From: a virus
Taxonomy: Duplodnaviria > Caudoviricetes
IMG/VR virus record: IMGVR_UViG_2931642416_000001
Span: 8,874 to 72,873 of that record
DNA length: 64,000 nucleotides
Direction: 5' to 3' (one strand)
The notes beneath the pieces were generated by a model. The model was not told the origin of the DNA. It made no database searches and was given only the letters and a program-made list of their open reading frames with translations. Positions within the stretch are counted from its first letter, which is position 1. Each line of letters opens with the position of its first letter. Made by a program: the position numbers and the translations under genes. Shown here one piece after another: positions 27,214 to 38,000 of the stretch.

Positions 27214-28671
27214 ATGCCCGATCAGCAGGCGCTCACCGAGCGCGTGTCGCTCGCTGAGGCCGCCGGAGGGCAGGCCCCGAAGGGGCGCCGCTTCCGGGCA
27301 CGCATCATCCAGGGCGACATCCAGGGCTCCAGCGGCTTCTATCCAGCGGAGATGCTCAAGCGGGACGCTGCAGTGTTCCGCGAGGGCCTGCCGGTATTTC
27401 TCGACCATCCGGGCGCCACCGAGTCCTACGACCGGCCTGAGCGGTCAGTCAGGGACCTCGCCGGCAAGCTCGCCTCTACCGCCGTGTACGAGCGGGACGG
27501 CCTGTATGCGGACGTCGAGGTGTACCCGCACTGGGCTCCGGTGGTTGAGGCCATGGCCGGCGACATCGGCATGAGCATCCGAGCCTCCGGGACGGTCGAG
27601 GCGTCGAAGGACGAGTCGATTCGTGGGCCGATCGTCACGTCGCTGACCGAGGCCGCGTCCGTGGACTTCGTGACCGCGGCTGGCGCTGGAGGGAAGGTCG
27701 TCGCTCTCCTGGAGTCCGCGAGGGCCCAGTCAGGAGACCTGCTCCGCAAGGCCACCGAAGCGCGTCCCTTCTCGGGCAGCCCCAGCGGCGGCGACATCCT
27801 TTCCTGGCGGGAGCAGCGCGCCCTCACCGAGGCGGCCAACGTCGGAGCGTGGCTCGAATCCCGCATCCACAGCATGTTCACCCAGCTCGCCGACGACATG
27901 TACGGCGACGGGCGCCTGACACGAGAAGAGCGCATCACCTGCTCCTCCGCGATCGGCGACGCCCTGGCCGCGTTCACCTCCCGCATCGAGGCCGACGCCG
28001 CCCACCTCTACCAGCGCGACCCGTGGCGAGAGCCCGAGGCCGTGCCTGCCGAAGTCGCTGAGACTACGGCCCCTGACGTACCGGCGCCGCCGGTCACCAC
28101 CCTGAAGGAGGTAGCCCCCGTGAGCGGAGGCACCGCACAGGGCACGCCGAACGGCGGCCCGATCGACCTGAGCGAGGCGGCAGAACTGCGCACCGCCCTC
28201 GCCGAGACCAAGCAGAAGCTCGCCGAGGCCGAGCTGGAGATCGCCAAGTTGGGCGACCAGTCGCGTGAGCTGGCCGAGACCAAGGCGAAGCTGGAGGAGT
28301 CCACGCGGGAGAACCTGCGGCTCAAGGCCAACGACGCCGCTCGCGCCAAGACCGCGGAGACCCTGGCCGAGTCGACACTGCCTGAGACGGCGCATGAGCG
28401 CGTCATCGAGGCCGTTACCGGCAAGAACCTGCCCCTCAACGACGAGGGTGCTCTGGACGAGGCCGCGTTGGTCCGCAACATCAAGGCCGCGATCGAGTCC
28501 GAGCGCGCTTACCTGACCCGATTCGCTGAGGCGGCTGGCATCGGTCAGGTCCGCGGGCTCGGCGAGAGTGGCACCCCGCGGGTCAACGTGGAGTCCGAGC
28601 TGAACGACATCTTCGTGTCGCTCGGCATGAGCGAGAGTGCGGCCTCCGTCGCCGCGAAGGGGCGTGGCTGA
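27214..28671 (+). CDS. Capsid maturation protease/scaffold fusion
   Basis: FLDHP, IGMSI, SVDFVT...AGG; C-terminal coiled coil. Confidence 0.85.
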   Translation: MPDQQALTERVSLAEAAGGQAPKGRRFRARIIQGDIQGSSGFYPAEMLKRDAAVFREGLPVFLDHPGATESYDRPERSVRDLAGKLASTAVYERDGLYADVEVYPHWAPVVEAMAGDIGMSIRASGTVEASKDESIRGPIVTSLTEAASVDFVTAAGAGGKVVALLESARAQSGDLLRKATEARPFSGSPSGGDILSWREQRALTEAANVGAWLESRIHSMFTQLADDMYGDGRLTREERITCSSAIGDALAAFTSRIEADAAHLYQRDPWREPEAVPAEVAETTAPDVPAPPVTTLKEVAPVSGGTAQGTPNGGPIDLSEAAELRTALAETKQKLAEAELEIAKLGDQSRELAETKAKLEESTRENLRLKANDAARAKTAETLAESTLPETAHERVIEAVTGKNLPLNDEGALDEAALVRNIKAAIESERAYLTRFAEAAGIGQVRGLGESGTPRVNVESELNDIFVSLGMSESAASVAAKGRG

Positions 28672-28672
28672 C

Positions 28673-29035
28673 ATGGCTACCAACCGCGTGTTCGAGCACG
28701 GCCACCAGTTCGAGGCCAACGTCTCTGCCGTCACCGGCACCGGCGCCGGCGGCAAGGTGCTGTCCGGTGACCCCGTCGTCATCGGCCAGCTTCCGGCCGT
28801 CGCCCTCACCACCGAGGACGCCGACGGCATGGCCACCATCCAGACCGACGGCGTCTTCAACCTGCCGGTCAAGGGCGAAACCACCACCAACGCCGCCGTC
28901 AGCGTCGGCGACATCGTCTACTTCGACAGCGACAAGCTCAACAAGGACAACACCAACGGCGTCCGATTCGGCTACGCGCTGGAGGCCGTCTCCAGCGGTG
29001 CGACGACTCGTATCCGCGTCAAGGTCGGCTACTGA
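28673..29035 (+). CDS. Capsid cement/decoration protein (DUF2190)
   Basis: SGDPV.IG...VA, GVF.L, G.A.EA pattern. Confidence 0.8.
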   Translation: MATNRVFEHGHQFEANVSAVTGTGAGGKVLSGDPVVIGQLPAVALTTEDADGMATIQTDGVFNLPVKGETTTNAAVSVGDIVYFDSDKLNKDNTNGVRFGYALEAVSSGATTRIRVKVGY

Positions 29036-29058
29036 GGCCGGGAAGGACTACCACCACC

Positions 29059-30249
29059 ATGACCGATCTGACGACCCTGCCGGACGAGGGCACCCGTCCC
29101 GCCGCAGAGGCCACCCCGGCGTGGCTGAAGGAAGGCGCCGGGCAGGGCATTCGTAGCCTGCGCGCCCGCCGCCAGGCCGACCCGAACTACGGGGGCAGGC
29201 TGGTGGAAGCGGCCCGCCTCTACCAGCGGGCTTGCCATGGCGACCGCAGAGCCCTGATCGACTTCGAGGAGGCGATGACCACCAGCGACTTCGGTCTGCT
29301 GTTCGCTGACATCCTCGACAAGCAGCTGCTGGGCGCCTACCAGGACTGGCCGTCCACGTGGCAGATGTACACGCGCCGCGGCACTGTGCGCGACTTCCGG
29401 CCGGTCAAGAGGTTCGCCCTTGACGGCGCGGCGTCCACCCTGGACGAGGTGCCGGAGCGCGGCGAGTACCCCGAGGCTGCGCTGATCGCATCCGAGTACG
29501 AGTACCGCGTCACCAAGCGGGGCCGCCGCCTCGACTGGACGTGGGAGATGCGCGTCAACGACGACCTGGACGCCTTCCGCGAGCTTCCGATCATCCTGGG
29601 GCGTGCGGCGAAGATGACCGAGGACAAGTTCGTCACCGGGCTGTACGCCAGTGCGAGCGGCCCGAACAGCACGTTCTTCTCCGCCGGGCACGGCAACGTC
29701 GTCACCGGCAACCCTGCGCTGTCCGTCGAGGCGCTTGAAGTCGCCATGACGGTGCTGGCGTCGCAGCGAGACAGCGACGGCAATCCCATCTTCATCGACA
29801 ACCTCGTGCTTGTTGTCCCGCCTGCGCTTGAGGTCGTGGCCAACAACATCCTCAACGCTGTGCAGATCGACGCCGCGACTGGCGGCGGCGATGGCACGGG
29901 CCACAACCAGTTGCGCGTCAACAACTGGCTCGCCCGGCGCGTCAGCGTGGTCGTGAATCCGTGGCTGCCGATCGTCTCGGCCACTGCCAACGGCAACACT
30001 TCGTGGTATCTGATCGCCCAGACCATGGCCGGGAGGCCGGCGATGGAGGTCGGTTTCCTGCGCGGCTACGAGCAGCCGCAGGTGTTCGTTAAGGCCCCCG
30101 ACTCGCTGCGCGTTGGCGGCGGGATGGCCGCAGTGGAGGACGGCGACTTCGAGACCGACGCCATCCGCCACAAGGTGCGCCACGTCCTGGGCGGCGTCCT
30201 GATGGACTACAAGATGGCCGTCGCCTCGAACGGCACCGGCACGCCGTGA
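29059..30249 (+). CDS. Major capsid protein (Mu gpT-like, HK97 fold)
   Basis: TTSDF..L, V.DFR, L..VPE.GEY, INDDL-like, LVVPP.LE. Confidence 0.9.
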   Translation: MTDLTTLPDEGTRPAAEATPAWLKEGAGQGIRSLRARRQADPNYGGRLVEAARLYQRACHGDRRALIDFEEAMTTSDFGLLFADILDKQLLGAYQDWPSTWQMYTRRGTVRDFRPVKRFALDGAASTLDEVPERGEYPEAALIASEYEYRVTKRGRRLDWTWEMRVNDDLDAFRELPIILGRAAKMTEDKFVTGLYASASGPNSTFFSAGHGNVVTGNPALSVEALEVAMTVLASQRDSDGNPIFIDNLVLVVPPALEVVANNILNAVQIDAATGGGDGTGHNQLRVNNWLARRVSVVVNPWLPIVSATANGNTSWYLIAQTMAGRPAMEVGFLRGYEQPQVFVKAPDSLRVGGGMAAVEDGDFETDAIRHKVRHVLGGVLMDYKMAVASNGTGTP

Positions 30250-30476
30250 GCCTGCCGCAGCCGCGCAACGCCACGGAGACGTACCTGGCTGCGATTAACG
30301 ACCGGCTCGGCGAAATCCTCGACCGGCTCCCCGCACGCACGCAGGAGCCGGACGAGGGGCAGGTCGAGCTGCGAGAGCCGGCCACGCCGAACTCTGACAG
30401 CGACAAGCCCGCGGAACTGGCTGAGCCAACACCGCGGGCGCCTCGCAGACGAACGAAGAAGACAGGAGGGGCCTGA
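30246..30476 (+). CDS. Small head-associated protein
   Basis: GTGA overlap after the capsid gene. Confidence 0.6.
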   Translation: MSLPQPRNATETYLAAINDRLGEILDRLPARTQEPDEGQVELREPATPNSDSDKPAELAEPTPRAPRRRTKKTGGA

Positions 30477-30811
30477 TGGGCACCACCGCCAAGGGCGTGG
30501 CCGGCGGCCTCGCCAGCCTGAACGCGTCGGGCCGTGTTCCGGCGTCGCAGAAGATGCTCACTGCCACGGCGACGCTGGACTTCGCGTCCATCGCCGCGGG
30601 CGCTGTGGGCACGCTGACCGCTACCGTGACCGGCGCCGCGACGGGCGACTTTGTGATCGTCGCTCCGCCCGGCAACCTGACCGCCGGCCTGGTGCACTCG
30701 GCCTTCGTGTCCGCGGCGAACACGGTGACGGTCCGGATCATCAACGGCACCGCAGGCGCTGTCGACCCGGCGTCCGCTTCGTGGGGTATCGCCGTCATCC
30801 CCGCCTCCTAG
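30476..30811 (+). CDS. Virion structural protein
   Basis: GLASLNASGRVP; LDF.SI.A...VTGA..GD. Confidence 0.7.
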   Translation: MGTTAKGVAGGLASLNASGRVPASQKMLTATATLDFASIAAGAVGTLTATVTGAATGDFVIVAPPGNLTAGLVHSAFVSAANTVTVRIINGTAGAVDPASASWGIAVIPAS

Positions 30812-30821
30812 GAGGTGCCGG

Positions 30822-31178
30822 ATGGCGATCGACTACACCACCGACCGAGGCCGGGTCAGGCTGCTCATCCCTGATGTGGACGAGGCCAACCTGCTGCTCG
30901 CCGACGACCAGATCGACGCCTTCCTCTCGCTGGAAGGCTCAGTCAAACTGGCCGCTGCCCAAGCCTTGGACGCGATCGCCTCCTCCGAAGCGCTCGTGTC
31001 CAAGGCCATTCGCACGCAGGATCTGCAGACGGACGGGCCGAAGGTTGCTGCCGAGCTACGCGCACGAGCGTCAGAGCTTCGCCGTCAGGTCGACGAAGGC
31101 GTCGGCGACGACTCGGTGGGATTCGACATCGTCGACTTCGACCCGTACACCGGCTACCTCGGGTACGAGCCCTGCTGA
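30822..31178 (+). CDS. Head-tail adaptor
   Basis: GRVRLLIPD..L..DDQI.AFL motif. Confidence 0.75.
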   Translation: MAIDYTTDRGRVRLLIPDVDEANLLLADDQIDAFLSLEGSVKLAAAQALDAIASSEALVSKAIRTQDLQTDGPKVAAELRARASELRRQVDEGVGDDSVGFDIVDFDPYTGYLGYEPC

Positions 31179-31189
31179 GAGGAGGCTGC

Positions 31190-31621
31190 ATGTCTCCTCT
31201 CGCAGGCCACCAGCCGATCGCGGCCAGGTGGTCCGAGCATCACAGGCCGGTTGCCACTGGTTCCCAGACGGGCCGCTGCACCATCACGCGGCCCGGCGTC
31301 GGGGAAGGCACAACCGACCCAGACGGAACCTGGCATCCACCTGCGGCAACGACGGTCTATTCGGGGCCATGCAGGATCACCGCGCCGTCCCCATCGTCGA
31401 TCGTCGTGGTGGGGGAGCAGCAGACAGCCGTTGCCTCGTACGAGGTCGCGATCGAGTGGGACGCGGCCGAGGTCCTAGAACACGATCTCGTCACCCTGGA
31501 CAGCGCCCCGGACCCGGCGATCGTCGGCAAGCAGCTCATCGTCACCGATATTGCGTATGCGACCGAACGATTCGAGCGGGTCCTGCGCGCGAAACTCAAC
31601 CTCAGCGAACCGGAGGCGTGA
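31190..31621 (+). CDS. Head closure protein (DUF6093-like)
   Basis: C.ITRP...TVYSGPCRI. Confidence 0.75.
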   Translation: MSPLAGHQPIAARWSEHHRPVATGSQTGRCTITRPGVGEGTTDPDGTWHPPAATTVYSGPCRITAPSPSSIVVVGEQQTAVASYEVAIEWDAAEVLEHDLVTLDSAPDPAIVGKQLIVTDIAYATERFERVLRAKLNLSEPEA

Positions 31622-32061
31622 TGGGCTGGGACGTCTCCGAAGTCGACGGCCTGATCAAGCACATCGCTGCGGCACCCCCGAAGGCGGAAGCGCTCACTCG
31701 TGTCGTGGTCAAGAAGATCGCCTTCGATACCGTTGCCGGCGCACAGGGCCTCGTACCCGTCGACACCGGAAACCTGAAGAACACGATCGGCCAGGACTTC
31801 GACGACGACGGCATGGGCTTCGAGGCAGGCCCGACCGCCAACTATGGCGCCGACGTCGAGTACGGCACACAGCCGCACGAGATCCGACCCCGAGACGCCA
31901 AGGCCCTGCACTGGGTCGACAGCGAAGGCCAGGACATGTTCCGCCGCCGCGTCTGGCATCCCGGAACCGAGCCTCAGCCGTACATGCGGCCCGCGTTCGA
32001 GAAGGCCACAGCGCCGATCGACGACGTGATGTCACAGGTGGGGAAGAAGGCCCTCGAATGA
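31621..32061 (+). CDS. HK97 gp10-family tail completion protein
   Basis: PVDTGNL, Y...VEYGT, HPGT.PQPYMRPA. Confidence 0.85.
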   Translation: MGWDVSEVDGLIKHIAAAPPKAEALTRVVVKKIAFDTVAGAQGLVPVDTGNLKNTIGQDFDDDGMGFEAGPTANYGADVEYGTQPHEIRPRDAKALHWVDSEGQDMFRRRVWHPGTEPQPYMRPAFEKATAPIDDVMSQVGKKALE

Positions 32062-32492
32062 TCCCTGTCGCGCCGTCGACTCCGCACACCGATGCCGTGG
32101 TGGAAGCCATTGCCGCGATCCCCATGCTGGTCGACCGGGCCAAACTGCCATCAGGGGCGGGATGGCAGGGCACCCCGGGATCGTCAAGCTTCGTCCGGTA
32201 CGCGGTCGTCTATCCGTTCCCTGGCACGCCTGAAGGCAACACGGCCGAACCGTACGAGTACCTGAACTATCAGGCGCAGATCAGCATCTTCGGTGCGACA
32301 GCAACCCAGGCCGAACGCGGGTTCGACGACGTGAATGCCGCCCTGATCGGCCGGCGCCTGGACGTCGCCGGGCGGTCCACTTACCCGGTCCAGGCACCCC
32401 CTGGTCAGAGGCCGTTGAGGCGGGACGACTCCCTGCCGACGCCTGTGTATATGGCGGTCGTGGAGATCCAGTTCAAGTCTCAGCCCGCCTGA
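32058..32492 (+). CDS. Tail terminator protein
   Basis: Synteny; YAVVYP. Confidence 0.7.
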   Translation: MIPVAPSTPHTDAVVEAIAAIPMLVDRAKLPSGAGWQGTPGSSSFVRYAVVYPFPGTPEGNTAEPYEYLNYQAQISIFGATATQAERGFDDVNAALIGRRLDVAGRSTYPVQAPPGQRPLRRDDSLPTPVYMAVVEIQFKSQPA

Positions 32493-32564
32493 CCCCATCC
32501 CGTAATTCGTAGCCCGACACCGGCAGGTGCACGGGCTCTTCGGCATGCCCGAAAGGAGCCCGTA

Positions 32565-32897
32565 GTGGCTACCCGCACAGCTCAGGCGGTCACCGTCGCT
32601 GGTGTCACGCCCACCTACAACGCCGCGACGGCGACGACCGGAGACAAGGTGAAGGCCGGACCTCGCAACTGGGTCCACTACAAGAACGGCTCCGGTGCCG
32701 GTATCACCGCCACCGTGTCCGGTGTCGGTCAGACCTCCTACGGGGTGGATCAGCCCGACAAGGTCTACAACATCGCTGCTGGCGCGGAACTGCTGATTCC
32801 GCTGCTTCCCGAGTTCGGCGACCCGGACGACAACGGGCTGGCCACGATCATCTGCTCGTCCGTCACCAGCGTGACGTTCGCGGCGCTGCGGATCTGA
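32565..32897 (+). CDS. Virion structural protein
   Basis: AAAGGAG RBS; beta-rich. Confidence 0.65.
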   Translation: MATRTAQAVTVAGVTPTYNAATATTGDKVKAGPRNWVHYKNGSGAGITATVSGVGQTSYGVDQPDKVYNIAAGAELLIPLLPEFGDPDDNGLATIICSSVTSVTFAALRI

Positions 32898-32898
32898 C

Positions 32899-33111
32899 AT
32901 GCCGCGCAACCGGATCAAGGTCCGATCTAAGACGACGGGCCTCACCGCAGAGATCGCCGCAGAGGCGCTCGACCACTTCCCCGACTACGAGCCCGTCGAA
33001 GCTGCGCCGGAAGCGGTGTTCGTCGAGCCTGACCTCCCGCCTGCAGAGGCGGTCGAGACCCCCAAGACTTCGCGCCGCAGCACGGCGGCCAAGACCACTG
33101 AAGAGGAGTGA
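32899..33111 (+). CDS. Small hypothetical protein
   Basis: Fills the gap before the tail tube gene. Confidence 0.55.
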   Translation: MPRNRIKVRSKTTGLTAEIAAEALDHFPDYEPVEAAPEAVFVEPDLPPAEAVETPKTSRRSTAAKTTEEE

Positions 33112-33114
33112 CCC

Positions 33115-33600
33115 ATGGCTGCCGACCTTCTGGGCGACGGCAACGTCAAGGTGACGTTCTGCCTGACGATCGCGAACATCTCCGCGCCGACCGCGGCCGA
33201 GTGCAATGCGGGCGTGGACCTGCAGGAGTACATCACCAAGGACGGGCTCGGCATCAGCCCCGAGCAGGCCGCGGTGGACAACACCGCCCTGGCTTCGCGG
33301 GACGAGACCGAGGACGCCGGTTCGGTGAAGTACTCGATCGAGCTGACTGTGAAGCGGAAGGAAGTCTCCGCCGAGGACATCGGCTGGAACACCCTCACCG
33401 ACCGGACGCTCGGCTATCTCGTCGTCCGCCGCAACATGGCGCACGAGACCGCCTACGCTGCCGGCCAGCACGTCGAGGTGTACCCGGTCCGGTGCGGCCG
33501 GCCGAACATGCAGCCGCCGGAGCTGAACGCGGCGCAGCGGTTCGTGACGAAGATGTTCAACCACTCCACCTCCGACCCGGACGCGCTGGTGGCGGCATAG
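33115..33600 (+). CDS. Major tail (tube) protein
   Basis: IA.ISAPT.AE.NAG.DL...GYLVVRR...V.VYPV. Confidence 0.85.
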   Translation: MAADLLGDGNVKVTFCLTIANISAPTAAECNAGVDLQEYITKDGLGISPEQAAVDNTALASRDETEDAGSVKYSIELTVKRKEVSAEDIGWNTLTDRTLGYLVVRRNMAHETAYAAGQHVEVYPVRCGRPNMQPPELNAAQRFVTKMFNHSTSDPDALVAA

Positions 33601-34121
33601 TGCAGAGCATCGACGACATCCTCGGGCAGATCCGTCTGCCCGAGCGTAGCTACCAGCTCTGCGTACGGCCGGACCTTCAGGCCCAGTGGGAGCAGGCCGA
33701 AGCGGAACTGGAGGCTGCCCAACGCGGCGACTCCGGCTCTCTCGCCGGCGTCAGCGCCGCGGCCAAGGCGGCTGCAAAGAGGGTGCAGCAGATCGAGGCG
33801 GAGATGGCCGAGCACACGGTCCCCATCACGCTGCGCGCTCTCACCCACAAAGCGTGGTCTGATCTGATCGCTGCGCACCCGCCCAGGGAGGACTCTGACG
33901 ACGGGCTGTGGAACGCTGAGACGTTCAGCCGGGCGCTGCTTGCGGCGTGCGCGGTCGACCCGGAGATGAGTGTCGAACAGGCCACATCGTTGGTTGATCG
34001 TCTGCCGCTCGGCCAGTGGAACGGCCTGCAGGCGATGCTGTTCGACCTGAACGCGTCCGGTGTCGACCTCCCAAAATCCAGGCGAGCCTTCGAGATTCTC
34101 CGGAACTCGCGGAAGAAGTAG
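33600..34121 (+). CDS. Tail assembly chaperone (G)
   Basis: W..LIAAHPPR motif; position before tape measure. Confidence 0.8.
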   Translation: MQSIDDILGQIRLPERSYQLCVRPDLQAQWEQAEAELEAAQRGDSGSLAGVSAAAKAAAKRVQQIEAEMAEHTVPITLRALTHKAWSDLIAAHPPREDSDDGLWNAETFSRALLAACAVDPEMSVEQATSLVDRLPLGQWNGLQAMLFDLNASGVDLPKSRRAFEILRNSRKK

Positions 34122-34489
34122 CACTCGCCGCCGCGTACGGGGTGCCGCGGTCGATCCTGCTCGGTCGGCAGCGCAAGTCTGTGATCGAGCGGGAGTACGA
34201 CGAGAAGGGGCGCCTGGTTCGCGAGGTGCTGACTCACGATGCTGAGTGGCTGGAAGAGGATCTCGCCTACGCTAAGGCGCACCGGCGGAACAAGCTGGAC
34301 GAGTGCCCTGCTTGCGGGCTCCCTCTCTCAGAGACGACCGATCCTGAGAATGAGGGGATGTACGAGGCTCCGCCCCCGATGCGGTGCCACGCCTGCACTC
34401 CTCTGGAGCACAGGAAGAACGAGTACAGAGAGTCCCCTCCGGGGCTGCTGTTCCGCGTCTACCTGAAGGTTCGGTCGGCCCTCAGATAG
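34070..34489 (+). CDS. Tail assembly chaperone GT extension via -1 frameshift
   Basis: Slippery C CCA AAA at 34070-34076 leads into the -1 frame open to 34489. Confidence 0.75.
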   Translation, partial: PKIQASLRDSPELAEEVALAAAYGVPRSILLGRQRKSVIEREYDEKGRLVREVLTHDAEWLEEDLAYAKAHRRNKLDECPACGLPLSETTDPENEGMYEAPPPMRCHACTPLEHRKNEYRESPPGLLFRVYLKVRSALR

Positions 34490-34913
34490 AGCGCAACATC
34501 GCGTGCATGATGGCGCCCAGCACGATCCCGCCGAGGCTAAGGATCATGCCTGCGATGGAGAGGGGCCGGTTGTTGGCGGTCCCGATTCGTGCCTTCGTGA
34601 GCCCCACCCCGGAGAAGATCACGCCCACGACGGCGAGCAAGATGCCGATCCGGGCGAGCAGCATGGTCAGGTCGCACACCACGGCCAGGATGCCGACGAT
34701 CAGCCCCACGAGCCCTGCCCAGTTGTGGGTTGTGGGGGCTGGCATTGGGGGCCGGTAGCCGGGGGGCGGACCCTGCCACTGCTGCTGCTGTGGCTGTGGG
34801 GCGTACAGGCCCCCGCCTGGGTTGGGCGGCTGCTGCGGGTATTGCCCGTACGGCTGTGACGGCTGCTGCGGATACGGCTGGCCGTACTGGTCGTGAGGGC
34901 CGGGGTGCGCCAT
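34482..34913 (-). CDS. DUF4190-like Pro/Gln-rich membrane protein (moron)
   Basis: PQ/YGQ-rich N-terminus; three TM segments, ..SIAGMILS. Confidence 0.75.
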   Translation of the reverse strand: MAHPGPHDQYGQPYPQQPSQPYGQYPQQPPNPGGGLYAPQPQQQQWQGPPPGYRPPMPAPTTHNWAGLVGLIVGILAVVCDLTMLLARIGILLAVVGVIFSGVGLTKARIGTANNRPLSIAGMILSLGGIVLGAIMHAMLRSI

Positions 34914-35048
34914 GTGGGGCTCCTGAGGGAGTAGGGGTGCGCGCGTAAGACGCGCCGACAGCGGGTGCGGTTTGCACCGTTACACGACAGGACCGCTCAA
35001 GTCCTGCAATCGCGCAATTTCGGGCTCCAGGGCGGAGGTGACTCCGCC

Positions 35049-38000
35049 GTGGCCGACCGCACCGTAACCGTCCGCCTCGATGCCGACGTCAAGCCGTACA
35101 TGTCGGCGCTGGCCAAGGCAGAGGCGGCGACGAAGCGCCTGCGGGACGCCATGTCAGGCGACCTCAAGGTTGACGCCGACACCCGTGCGGCGACGGCGCA
35201 GATTCAGGCGCTGCAGCGCGAGGTAGACCGTCTCTCTGGCAAGAGGACCACTGTCTCCGCTGACGCGGATACGGCGCGGGCGCAGGCGGAGTTGGACGAG
35301 CTTCGGCGACGCCTGGACGAGCTCAATGTCCGCCGCGTGATGAATGTGGACCTGGACGACGGGGCTGCCCGGTCGGAGCTTGGCTCGATCCAGCGGGATC
35401 TGGAGAGGCTGAACGCCACCAGCGCCGATCCCAAGGTTCGTGTGGACTCTGCGGCTGCGCTGGCGCAGGTGCGCACGATCCAGTCGGAGATGGCACGGGT
35501 CGATGGCCGGTCGGCCAAGGTCAAGGTCGACGCTGACGTGAGCGGAGCCCTCCGCAACATCGCGATCGTCGCCGCGGCACTGGCGAGCCTGCCGTCTGCA
35601 GTGTCCATCGGTGTGGGCGTGGCGGGCTTGGGCGCGGCGTTCGGTGCGGCTGCTGCTGGCGCGGCAGGATTCGCCGCAGTTGCAGTGCCTGGGATCTCTC
35701 GGGTGACGGATGCGCTCAAGCAGGCCGAGACGGCTGGCGGCGGTGCCGGCGGCGCGATGAAGAGTGCCGCCCAGAAGGCCGCCGAGGCGGCGTCCGCTGC
35801 GCTGCGGCTGGCCGAGGCGCAGGACCGGGTCACCGACAGTGCCCAGGCGGTTAAGAGTGCTCAGCAGGCCGTACGGGACGCCATGGCCGGCGTTCGGTCC
35901 GCCCAGCAGGACGCGGCTCGGGCGGCAGAGGACGCCGCTGACCGGCAGGCTCAAGCGGCCGCTCGCATCGCCGACGCGGAGCGCTCTGTCCAGGACGCTC
36001 ACCGCGCCACCCAGCGGGCGATCGAGGACCTCACGCGGGCACGTGAGAGGGCCCAAGAGCGAATCGAGGACCTTGCTCTGGCGACGGAGCGCGGGGCTCT
36101 CTCGGAGGAGAGGGCTCAGCTCAGCATCCGCCGAGCGCGGGCCGAGCTGCAGCGCATCCTGAACGATCCCAAGGCGTCCGCGCTGGATAAGGAAGACGCC
36201 GCGCTCCGGCTGCGAGAGGCCGAACTGTCTCTGCGCGAGATCCAGGAGCGCAACGGAGACCTCGCCAAAGAGCGCGAGGAAGCCGACCGGAAAGGCGTCG
36301 AAGGCTCAGACGAAGTCGTCGCAGCCAAGGAGCGGATTCTCGACGCCCAGCAGCGTGAGGCGGACGCTGAGCGGGCTCTCGCGGACGCTCGGGCGGAGTC
36401 GGCGCGTGCCGCCCGCGACGGGGCACGTGATGTCGCCGATGCGAACACTCGCGTCGCTGACGCTCAGCGGAAGGTGGCCGACGCCCAGCAGGCGCTGGTT
36501 AAGGCCCAGCGTGACCACCTGAGGGCCGTTCAGGCGCTCAAGGTTGAGCAACTCCAGCAGAAGGCTGCCCTGGAGCAGACTGGCGGCGCTGCTGGTGGGG
36601 CCGCGTCGAAGATGGCGGAGCTGTCGGCGGAGGAGAAGAAGCTCGCTGCGGCGATCAAGTCGTTCCAGGAGGACTACCTCGCCTGGCAGAGGTCGCTACA
36701 GCCGGACGTTTTCTCTGTCATTGAGAAGGGGCTCGACGTCCTCCGGGTCGGCATGGACCGGGCAACGCCGCTGGTCAAGGGAGGAGCAGCAGGTCTCGAC
36801 CGGTTTGCCGACTCCGCGAAGAAGGCGCTGGAGTCCAAGGAATGGACCAACTTCTTCGACGACCTCGGACGACGGGCCCCCGACGCAATCGCCGGCCTCG
36901 GCAACGCCGCCATCAACGTGGCAGGCGGGCTGCGCGGCATCGTCGAGGGGTTCCTGCCCTACACGGGGCCCCTGACGGACTGGGTGGAGTCCATCACCCA
37001 GGACTTCGAGGACTGGGGGACCAACCTCAAGGACAGCCCCGAGTTCAAGGAGTTCCTGGCCTACGCCGCCGAGCAAGGGCCGAAGGTCGCAGAGATCGTC
37101 AGGAACATCGCCGAATTCATCGGCAACGTGGCTGCAGCCGGCGGCCAGCTTGGGCCTGGCGTTCTCGACTTCTTCGTGTCCTTGTCGGAGAAGCTGGCCT
37201 CTCTGCAACCTGCTCAGGTCGAAGCCATCGCGAAGGGTGTAGCGGCGATCTTCACGGCTGCCAAGCTGGGCACCACGCTCAAGCTCGGCGGGTTCGTGCT
37301 CCTCGCTGACGTGCTGTCCAAGATGAGTCCCGGCCAGATTCAGGCTCTCGCGATTGCCATCGTTGCGACTGTCAGCGCCGTGAAGGGCTACCAAGCCGTG
37401 ACAGGCGCGGTCGAGTGGTGGCAGACCCTGTCCGGCAGCCTTGACAAGGCGGGCAAGTCTGCGGAGGGTGCCAAGGGCAGGTTCTCTGGCCTGTCGGGGA
37501 CGCTCAAGGCCGGCGGCATGGCGGCGGTCCTGGCTGCTGTGGCGGTCGTCGCGGACAAGGTCGGCGATGCCCTTTCCGGCCTGAACCCGGACATCGATGG
37601 ACTCGCCAAGCAGATGGCGAGCCTCGCGCAGCAGAGTCGGCCGGCCGCCGCTCAGCTCAACGTGTTCGGGTCGAACCTGGACACGCTGGCTGGCGACATG
37701 GCCCGATCTGGCACTTGGTTTGCGCCGGTGGTGGGCCAGTTCGAGTCCTTGGGGGACACGGTTGGTCGTCTGACGAGCAGTAACCCGTTCGCGCAGCTCA
37801 CCACCGAGGTGGCGTCCATGGCGTCGTCCGTCACGGGCGACCTGTACAGCATGGACACGGGTCGGCAGAGGCTGGAGAACTTCGACAAGACCCTCACCCA
37901 GATGGTGCAGAGCGGCAACAGCAAGCAGGCCGCGGCTCTGTTCAACGAGCTTGCCAAGCAGGCTGGGCTCGCTGGCGGGGACGTGGACAAGCTGCGGGCT

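Noticed and set aside
34750-34900. GGCTGCTGCGG-type repeats as a DNA element
   Set aside because: Explained by the Pro/Gln/Tyr-rich N-terminus of the DUF4190-like protein
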